Shown in pieces: positions 31,974 through 41,900 of a stretch of DNA of 64,000 bases (its first letter is position 1; every line of letters begins with the position of its first letter). The notes under the pieces are model-generated. The model worked only from the letters and a program-made list of their open reading frames with translations, did not search any database and was not told the DNA's origin. This DNA comes from Schmidtea nova. Taxonomy: Eukaryota. Made by a program: the position numbers and the translations under genes. The DNA is taken from contig CM097882.1 in assembly GCA_044892505.1 (NCBI GenBank), forward strand, positions 445,036,001 through 445,100,000, given 5' to 3'.

Positions 31974-32361
31974 TAATGCCCATTTTCGTTCCTTCTCACA
32001 TGATTTATCTATAAGCATTCAGCAAAATTTTATCGGCAATTCAATATAAATGTTCTACATAACTATAAATTCATTATTGCATCCAAATAAGTTATTCCGA
32101 ACATTCCAAACACTAACAAAACATTAAATCTTACAAATATTGTAATTTATGTTAATTATTAATTAAATGCATTCTAAAGTAAAATTTTAATTTACATTTG
32201 AAAAAATAAAATAAAAACTTTAATTTTTAATTTGCAAACAATAATTTTATTTTTACATTTTATGTCTATGATTAATTTTCTCGGTTTAAATTATCGATTA
32301 CCAAAATTACATTTGTTTTAAATTAGTAATTTAATTAAATCAAAGGTCAATTCTATTTGAA

Positions 32362-32685
32362 ATGCGTTCAACTCCGATCAAGGAGGAATTCAGAAGACTC
32401 GACAATGGATTTTTTAAAAAAAAATTAGACCTCAGCTTCAACAAAATCTTTTAATTACCGAAATATTTGATTCCGACAACCATGGAAAGTGGATTTAAAA
32501 GAATTCATCTAAGGAATGTCACCGTCTTCTTTGACATTGATCGTGATGGATTTATTAGAAATGGCGAACTATTTCAGACACAAATAGCTGACAAAACGAT
32601 TCTGTTTGCAGTCAAAGATGGCAATGAATTTTGTGCAGTAGTCTCTAGAAAGGCTGTTTGTTCTAAAATGGCAATTGACATCTAA
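32362..32685 (+). pseudogene. PPP3R1: Calcineurin B regulatory subunit pseudogene, intronless and deletion-ridden
   Basis: Pieces in shifting frames: FRRLD, PQLQQNLL..EIFDSDNHG, VDLKEFI*GMS, FDIDRDGFIRNGELFQ, IADKTILFAVKDG, EFCAVV...KMAIDI*. These are colinear with calcineurin B (FKKLD, PELQQNPL, IFDTDGNG, VDFKEFIEGVS, YDMDKDGYISNGELFQ, IVDKTI..ADKDG, EFCAVV, KMVVDV). Confidence 0.85.
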
Positions 32686-33799
32686 TTTTATAAAATAAAA
32701 GTTAATTAGACATTATCTTTTTTCTTTTTAAAAAACATTTTGTCGACACGAAAATATATAAATTGACATCTCACTGTAAGTGGAGTGAATTATTTGAAAT
32801 CTCATGTTATAATATTAACAGTATTAATTTTAAATTATTTTTAATTGATTTTTTTTCTAAATAATTAGTGTTTTTCTCTATCTGTTTTTAGGCCTTAGTT
32901 TTGAGTTGTAAATAAAGATTAATTTTTAAGTGGCAATTTAATGGGAGTATTGGGGTGTTGAGAATGATATATGTAATTATTTATATCGAAACAGTACAAT
33001 GCTTTTGAATTGAATCGTTATAAAATAAAAACGAAAATTGAATGACTACACTGTATTTCACTCAATAAACTCACCTAATCGATTTTTTACTTTAGTTAAC
33101 ATTTTTCATAAAAATAATTACTGTTGTTGTTTTTTGTGGTTGTTAATCATCATTTTACCAGAGGTTTTAGACTGGTTTTATAAAAATAAAGATAATATTG
33201 TATTTTGGTTGAATAAAAATGGATAATATAATAGTACAAGAGTGAATGAAACTTTTGCATGGTTTTGTTAGAGGTATACCTTTTTATGTATGATGTGGGA
33301 ACAATGAACGCGAGTTTATGTGTTTATATACTTTTGGGTGTTGCTGAATAAGCTATTGTTATGATTATTTGCGATTGTATGTTGGGTGAAATAAGTGATT
33401 CAGTGAATGGGTGTGAATGCTTGTACAGTTTCTGGATGTATGATGCTAACTAACATAACTGGGTAGATTTTCGGTATGAATTGTCTGGGTGTATGATGCT
33501 AATGACTGTTATTGAGTGATACGGTGTGGTGTGTGTGTATTGTATTTTAAATAAATGTTGCATGTGGTACTAGTATGGATGGTGTTATTGAATGGAATGG
33601 ATGTATTGTTTTGCAAATATAGATGTAATATGACTTATGTGATATCGTGTGGGGGTACTTTATAAAATAATATATTTATATATAGATTATATAAAATATT
33701 TTTAGAATAATAAATAATAATTTTTATAATACTTTCTATAAATTTTAAATTTATCATCTTATGAAAGTTATATAATAAAATTTCTAATTTTTATAATAT

Positions 33800-34563
33800 T
33801 GTTGGGTTATTATTCTGTAAGATCGGTTTACTGACCTGACTCCTCGTGCTCTTTAATTTTCGAAATCAATGAACCCAACACAGAACAATCTTTTTATTCG
33901 CGATCAACACAAATTACAGTTTTAGTTACACACACGTTTGATTAATTTACGCTTTCTTTCGATTCGGATTTGACTCTTTAATTCACAGGATGCTTTCTTA
34001 CTTTGTCTGTTTAGTCGTTTCAGGATCCTTTTCTATTCGCTTTCACAGTCTTTTTAATAATCTCTCTTTTGACTGTCCACTCGTCGGCCCGGTCCTCTGT
34101 TTTGCGCTGCCTTTTATAGTTCTCGCAAATAGCAATTAGGTTTTATCGATACCTAAAAGTTAATCAATTTCGGGTTTAATTGTCTTGCTGACAATTAATT
34201 TTGATTACCCTCGAATTGATTTTCCCTAATTGCCCCGACTTTGATCTCTCGGGTCTTTTGGCGCTCGGGCTTTCTTCATCGCTCGGGTTTCCCATTGCCT
34301 CGGGCTTCCCATTGTCTCGGGTTTCCCATTGAGCGATTAATTAATTTTAATTATTTTGTTTTTATTAAATAACTTTCTCTGGGGACCCCTTATTAAATTT
34401 CTATTATTATTTTTGGGTTCGTCTTTTGATTTGGTATTCAACCATACCCATTTCCCCCAGTGAATATTAATTTTACATTTTTGATAAATTTTAATTAATT
34501 TTTGCATTTTAATTTATTTCGATATTTCTTGTTACTTTTGTGATTTTTATACTAACCCCAACA
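33800..34563 (-). repeat. 3' LTR (764 bp)
   Basis: Near-identical to 49564-50327. I found only two differences (ttagtcg/ttaatcg and cccggtc/ccccgtc). Confidence 0.97.
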
Positions 34564-34580
34564 TATCTCACCCCTTTATT
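34564..34580 (-). promoter_or_regulatory. Polypurine tract
   Basis: The minus strand reads aaataaaggggtgagata immediately before the TGTTGGGG start of the 3' LTR. Confidence 0.75.
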
Positions 34581-35098
34581 TAAGATTCGTCCTCGAATCT
34601 ATTTTTCCATTTTTCTTGTTAACATGGTGGAGTCTACTCAATACTATAGATGTGCGTAATGATAATTGTTAATAAAAATTTTGATTATAAATAAGACGGT
34701 AGAGAAATCTCAATACCAAATATTATACAATTTAATATAATAATTTTGCCACTATTCTACTTCTGATAATATTAATATCAATAATAATTATACTTATAAT
34801 TGGTAACGATAATAGTAATAATAGTAACAATACTAACGATAATGATAATTTAATAATACTAATACTAATACTAATACTAATAACAACAAATATTATTAAT
34901 AATAATTTATTATAATCCTTTCATATTGATTATAATAACAATAATAATTAATTATAATAACTGTAATAATTATACTTATAACGATACTAATAACAATTGC
35001 AATAATGATAATAATGCTAATAATTCTAATATTAATGATATAAAAATTCTAATAATTCCAACAACAATGTTGTAATAATAATGATAATAATAATAATA

Positions 35099-35153
<55 letters not shown>

Positions 35154-35438
35154 GAATTCGAATAATAAATTGTTAACGATAAAGTAACAATAATTCATTT
35201 ATTTATTTATATTTTTATTTATTTTTTTTTTGCAATGGTCATATAATAATAATACTAACAATAAGTTGATAATTAATAGTTAATACNNNNNNNNNNNNNN
35301 NNNNNNNNNNNNNNNNNNNNNNNNNNNNNNNNNNNNNNNNNNNNNNNNNNNNNNNNNNNNNNNNNNNNNNNNNNNNNNNNNNNNNNNNNNNNNNNNNNNN
35401 NNNNNNNNNNNNNNNNNNNNNNNNNNNNTAATTGTTAA

Positions 35439-35771
35439 ATCGGCTTTGCCGATGTTTACTTTAAAATCGGCTTTGCCGATAATTATTTGTGTTACTTGTT
35501 TTAAATCGGCTTTGCCGATTATTATTTATTGCAAAAGCATCATCAAAATTGATATAGAACAATTTGTCAGCTCTCATAGAATCAAGCAGTGAAAATCATT
35601 CGATATCATTACCAACATTAAAATTTTTAAAACTGCATCTGATTGGATTTGAAAAGTTTTCATGTAATTAATTTTATTTCAATGATCGGCTTTGCCGATA
35701 ATTATTTGTTTTTCTTGTTTTAAATCGGCTTTGCCGATTATTATTTATTCCCTTTGATCGGCATAGCCGAA
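35439..35771. repeat. Array of six ATCGGC-NNN-GCCGAT palindromes
   Basis: Exact atcggctttgccgat at 35439, 35466, 35505, 35685 and 35724; variant atcggcatagccgaa at 35757. Confidence 0.9.
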
Positions 35772-36049
35772 AATAGAGTCAATGTTGGGTTGGGTGTTGA
35801 CTTGATATATAACCATCAGATAGAACTCATGCGATTGCAGATTGCAGTTTGATTTTTTTTTTTGATAATATTTTTGGTAACTTTGACGAAAATGATTTTA
35901 TGGCAAATCACATATTTCCGGTTGTTGTCTCTGATTGATTTTCATTACAAATCTTTCAATTTCTCTTTATGATTTTATAAAAAGGAACTTTGCAGCAGCA
36001 GAAGAGAAAAAGAAAATAGCTGCTCTGAAATGGTTTTCTATTCACATTT

Positions 36050-36420
36050 GGTTTCAATTGTTGGGCTATTTTTGGAATTGTGAAAAGGATCGATGGAAAA
36101 TTGGTATGTAGTCAATTTTTTTTTTTTTTTGTTAATTTTAGATTTACATAAATAATTTTGATTAATTTGATTAACTGTAGTGAGAAGATCTATAAACATT
36201 TTTAATGTTAATGATGATGATGATAATAATAATAAGTTTCAATTGTTGGAATATTTTTGGAATTGTGAAAAGGATCGATGGAAAATTGGTATGTAATCAA
36301 TTTTTATTTCTGTTAATTTTAGATTTGCATAAATAATTTTGATTAATTTGATTAACTGTAATGAGAAGATCTATAAACATTTTTAATATTAATGATGATG
36401 ATGATAATAATAAAAATAAA
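36050..36420. repeat. ~185-bp tandem duplication in the element's 3' region, amid (AAT)n tracts
   Basis: ggaattgtgaaaaggatcgatggaaaattggtatgt and gagaagatctataaacatttttaat each occur twice. Confidence 0.85.
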
Positions 36421-36421
36421 A

Positions 36422-36478
<57 letters not shown>

Positions 36479-37111
36479 CATGATAATACTACTAATATTT
36501 TGATAATGATATTAATAATAACAATTATTCTTTTAATAATAATAATTATAACAATATGTTCTCACTAATAATACAAATTTTTTTTTTGAACAAGNNNNNN
36601 NNNNNNNNNNNNNNNNNNNNNNNNNNNNNNNNNNNNNNNNNNNNNNNNNNNNNNNNNNNNNNNNNNNNNNNNNNNNNNNNNNNNNNNNNNNNNNNNNNNN
36701 NNNNNNNNNNNNNNNNNNNNNNNCGTAATAATACCAATAATTATTTATAACGTCTTTTATAATTGATCATAATATAAATGATAATGAATATACGTTACCC
36801 CTACTAATAATAATTATAACAATACTTTGATACTAATAATAATAATAATGAATTAATAATTATAATGATGATAATAACAATAATAATAATACTCTTAATA
36901 ATGTTTCTAACAATTTTTTTTTTTTTTTTTTTTTTTTTTTACTGACTATGATGTTAATGCTCTCGTATTGTATGAGGGTTATTTTTTATCATATTCATAA
37001 TTTCTATATTATTATTTTTTTGGTTTATTTAACTTATTTTGGGATGGGACGCCAATATCAAAGACAATAAAATATTTATTAATTAACTAAAATATATATA
37101 CATATATGTTT

Positions 37112-38578
37112 TTAGTCCAGTTTTAGTTCGATTTTTCCAACTTCACTTTTGTAACGGATAAATGTTTTTTCACGCTGGTAAATAATCCCATTTACCGTTA
37201 TGGTTTCACTTGCTTCTATTTGTGAATATTTTCTTTTTCTATTTTCAAGGTGGAGTATCGGTCCATTTTCATATGATATTGAAACTCTTGCGATAGACAA
37301 ACCGGTTATTACCTCAACGCTTTCTTCAATTGCCTCGAGATCATTTTCTGTTGCCAACTTCAATTCCGATTTCCCAATTTCCAAATCAACTTCCATATCC
37401 TCTGTCAAATCGATTTGCTCTGCCATTTTCTCAATTCCCACAGACAGGGCAATGGTTTTCGTAATTGCCGTGCTCGTCGTTGGCATTGTGTTTATGGTAT
37501 GAACTTTTCGATATTCCTCCAATGAATACTTCTTTGATGGGGTTGCTTTGGGAATTTGGATATCATCAATCCATGAATTTTCAATTTTTAAATATATTTT
37601 CCGAATGTTTTTGACATCTTCCAGGGCTGAATGGATGCGCACTTGCGTTTGTTCTCCAAGCCTTTGTTCAACCACAGTTTTCAGTTTGAAAAATTCACCT
37701 TTTCTCGATATCCCTTGCAACTGAAGTGCCTTTGCTGTGGACAAGTCTCGAATGCCATATAATTGATTTGTCCAAATTTTCAAATACTGGAGTTCTGCAT
37801 GCAAATCATGGCCAACCAATATTTTCCCAACAGTTAAATTCTGAATTTGTTTCATCTCCAAATATTGGTCGCATTGGTTCCTACTCGCAACCTCTGTTAT
37901 GCCATGTATTCTCGATTGGAAATGTCTCATTTTTCCTCTCGGCGTGAGGTATATATTTTTAATTATTTTCCCAAAATAATTCATAATGGCGATTGACAAT
38001 GGCACCATTTGTCCATTTTCTGATGTGCCGTATTCTGCGTCGATAAACAATATCCTGCTTCTTATTTCTTCTTGGTTTAATTCTTTTCGAATGAAGGATA
38101 ATCTTCTTTTCATCATATTTTCTGATATTGGTAGTAACGTTGGATCTGATGGCAATCCTGGCTCAGTTTGCGGAACTTCTTCTTTACTGTTTCTGAACCT
38201 TGTTTCCAGCGCGATTAGTGCGTCTTCATTTGCCGATCTAAGTTGCTTCTTTAATGCTTCCTCTCGCATTCTCCACGATGAGTCTTTGTGCATTTCCCAC
38301 CATATCCGCTGATTTTCGTCGATCATTTCCACTTTTCCTTTCAACACATGTAGTGTGACTTCTTCTTCATTCATTACTTTGCTATTTTCCATCAACTTTA
38401 CTCCTCCTTTTCTGCTTACTCTCAGGATTCTTGTTTTCATTCTTCTGTCATCGCTTCTTAAATAATTCGGTATTTTTGTATTTTCATTAATTTGGAATGG
38501 GCCTTGTCCCATATAGTTTCGATGCAGTTTGAGGTAGGCATCATAGATATTTGGTATCCACTGAATTTGTTCCATCAC
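37112..38578 (-). CDS. Element accessory ORF, 488 aa, with a REX4/ISG20-like DEDDh 3'-5' exonuclease domain (~37580-38060)
   Basis: ExoI ILFIDAEYG, then SIAIMNYFGKII, SRIHGIT, ExoII-like GKILVGHDLHAELQYL, IRDLS, and ExoIII IHSALEDVK (H-x4-D). Confidence 0.85.
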   Translation of the reverse strand: MMEQIQWIPNIYDAYLKLHRNYMGQGPFQINENTKIPNYLRSDDRRMKTRILRVSRKGGVKLMENSKVMNEEEVTLHVLKGKVEMIDENQRIWWEMHKDSSWRMREEALKKQLRSANEDALIALETRFRNSKEEVPQTEPGLPSDPTLLPISENMMKRRLSFIRKELNQEEIRSRILFIDAEYGTSENGQMVPLSIAIMNYFGKIIKNIYLTPRGKMRHFQSRIHGITEVASRNQCDQYLEMKQIQNLTVGKILVGHDLHAELQYLKIWTNQLYGIRDLSTAKALQLQGISRKGEFFKLKTVVEQRLGEQTQVRIHSALEDVKNIRKIYLKIENSWIDDIQIPKATPSKKYSLEEYRKVHTINTMPTTSTAITKTIALSVGIEKMAEQIDLTEDMEVDLEIGKSELKLATENDLEAIEESVEVITGLSIARVSISYENGPILHLENRKRKYSQIEASETITVNGIIYQREKTFIRYKSEVGKIELKLD

Positions 38579-38909
38579 TGAAATATTTATAATTTAAAAT
38601 TTTGTTTAATTTAAAAATTTGACGCTATCGCCAAGGTGGAATACCTTGAGTACCCCATCCTGGCTGATAACGGTATAAATAATAAATATTTAATAAAATT
38701 AATTACCTATTTAATTTTCAGTTTTATTCTAATTTATTAATTTAGGGATTCCCTTATATTTTTAATTTTATCTCTCTTCAACCAATCAAATCCGTTTCCG
38801 ATCGAAAGCGCAAATTTTACAATGAATCACATAAATATGGATAAAAGAAAGTTCATACTATTACCGTACAAATAAATTATTATAGTTGCATGCAAAATTA
38901 AATGTCTCA

Positions 38910-41900
38910 CTATACAAACGTTTCCTCGTAGACAATCCACGGTCTTGGTGTCCTGGATTGACGTACTGCATGATTGTTCATTTTTTGAAAGCAAATCAGT
39001 AGTGAGAGAAGAATAACAATGAGAAATGGTGTTGCACTAATAACAATAGTCGATAAAATAATACATGTTTTTGCATTGTCGTTAGATGAAGATGATAAGT
39101 TTTTCAGAATTGTCACATCATAGATATGAGAAGGAATGATTGTCGTTTGAAGTTTTTTTGTCATATTTTTATATACATAATTGTTTTTTGAATCATCGCT
39201 ATCAGTAATGTTATATGAAACTCGAACAAGTTTGTTTTCGACAAGAGTGATCTGCCATTGTTTGGAATGAGAAGTAAATCGATAATATTTGATTTTCATC
39301 ATAACAAATTTTGAATTCGATATAGATCTTAATCTTTGAAAATTTAAAATTTGATGTGAAATGTTACTTGTTAATATTGCCTGAATTTTCCCGCAATAAT
39401 GAATTTCGACTTTTTTATTAACTTCCGCTTGTCGGGATGCGTTTAATTTCTGATTTTTATATTCAAAGATGACTCGATTTGTTTCATTCACCAATGTCAC
39501 GGATTGTTGAGTGGAATAGATCTTGAACCATTGATTATCAATTTCAGTACCATTTTTCCGTAATGCTTTTTCGTAATAATGAATGACGAGATTATATGTT
39601 TTATGCAATTCTAAATTAACATAATGTACATAAGGTTTCTTGAGATTTAACGTATCGATCGTGTACTTTTCGAAAATAATTTTCACTTGTTGGGATTCAT
39701 GGGGTTCCCAATATACATTGATACCTTTTATTATTGGTTCTATTGATACTTTGCTATTTAATTTTTTTGTCCAAATTTCAATTTCAAATTGATGTTGTAT
39801 TTTTGTATTATTTTCTTGATATTGTTGTTGGGTTATTAACCAGGGATATTTGTAATTCATTGTTAAATCATGCGCAACGTACATATTGTTGTTAAAATTC
39901 AACTTTATTGGTGGATCAAAATAATTTAATAAATTATTTACTTTTATTTCGTCTCTTGGTTCACAATGATAGACCCATACCATTTGGGTACATGTTGCAT
40001 ATATATCAAATTTTTCTAAAAGTGGAACTCTTTTTATTGCATACATTGGAAAGATTTTAGTCGAATTTGTTCCCAAAACATTAATCATCATTACTGTTGC
40101 AATCAGTAATACTTTATTGATATATCCCAATGATGCGGAGTTTTTTGGATCCCTCTGCTTGCTGATCGTTTCATCTTGCGACTTTTTCTTTTTTGATCTT
40201 AGCTGATATTTATTGTCATCCATAACTGGCACTTTTTTGCATCTATTAGCATGAATGATAATTGTTCCGGCCTTTTTATTATTTTGTGGCCGTAGTTTTA
40301 AATTAGTTTCAGTGGTATCGCATACCAGATATGGTCCTTTAAATGGTCTTTGTAGCTTTGGTGATAAACCCTTAGCTGGCTCTGGTTTGTTTACATAAAC
40401 CAAATCTCCTATTTCAATACCGTGCGCATGCGCTCGTTTGTCATAACACTCTTTATAACTTTCCTGTTGATGTTTTATTTTGAGTCCTGCTTGAACCCAT
40501 ACTGACTGTAGTCTTTCTTGCATGACAACTTTATAGTTCGATACATCCATATATTGCGATATAGGTGCTTGAAATTTTAAATCTATTGGCATATTATTCC
40601 GTCGTAGATACATAAGATAGAAAGGTGTTTCGCCAGTACTTTCATTTACTGAATTTCGATATGCGAATAAACACGGTTTAATGAATAGATCCCAATCTTT
40701 TTGCTTTCTGTTTACGTAAGATGATATCATATTGATTAATGTTCCGTTGAACCTTTCAACTAACCCATCTGTTTGCGGATGGTACGGTGATGTACTGAGT
40801 TTCAATATTCCGAATAATTCCGTTATTGAATTAAATAATTCGCTTTGAAAGTTTGTTCCTTGATCTGTAAGTAACTTCTTTGGTGCTCCATATCGAAAGA
40901 TAATGTTTTCTACAAATATTTTTGCAACTGTTTCTGCCTTTTGATTCTGCATTGCATAGGCTTCTGGCCATTTAGTTAGATAATCGCAAAATACAACGAT
41001 ATACTTATTGCCATTAATTGTTTCCGGTAGTGGACCAACAATGTCCATTGCTGTCATTTCCATTGGAGCTCCTGGTACAGGCATAGGCTTTAATGGTACT
41101 TTTATTTTCCTTCCTGTATTTCGTCTGGTCAGGCACACTCCACAAGATTGACACCATTGTCTAACGTCTTGTTCCATGGTGTCCCAATAATATTTCAATT
41201 TCAACCTTGACAATGTTTTTCTAGCTGATAAATGTCCTCCTAACGCCCCGTCATGGTATATCAACAGTAATGCTTTTCGATGTTTTGTTGGAACAATAAT
41301 TAACAAGTTTTCATTTTTAACACATTTTAACAGACCGTCATGGATAATATATTTATGTTTTTCTTTAACTATGTGTTTCCAGTCGCTCTCTTTTTTGATA
41401 GTGACTGCATTTTTCCGTATTTGTTTTAATTCATCATCATTTTCTTGATCATATTGTAATTCTTTCATATTGTTTGCGGTTTTAATTGCCATAAATATTG
41501 TGTCATTATAATTTGTTTCATTCTGATTATTATAATTTTCTTCAGGAATTCTCGATAAGGTATCCGCATTTGCATTTGATTTACCTGTGCGACATTTAAT
41601 TTCAAAATCATATTCCTGTAGAGCGATTGACCATCTTATCAGCTTACTGGCTGAATCTCTATGCTTCATGAGCCATTGTAGTGGATTATGATCTGTAAAT
41701 ACAATAAATTTCCTACCAATTAGATATTGTCTGAACGTGGTTATTCCATAAACTAGTGCTAACGTCTCCTTTTCAATGGTAGAATAATTCTTTTCATGAG
41801 GTTTCAATGTTCTACTAGCATAGGCAATAACGTGATCTTTCTCGCCGTTAACCTTTTGTCCGAGTACGGCGCCTAATGCAAAATTACTTGCGTCAGTCAT

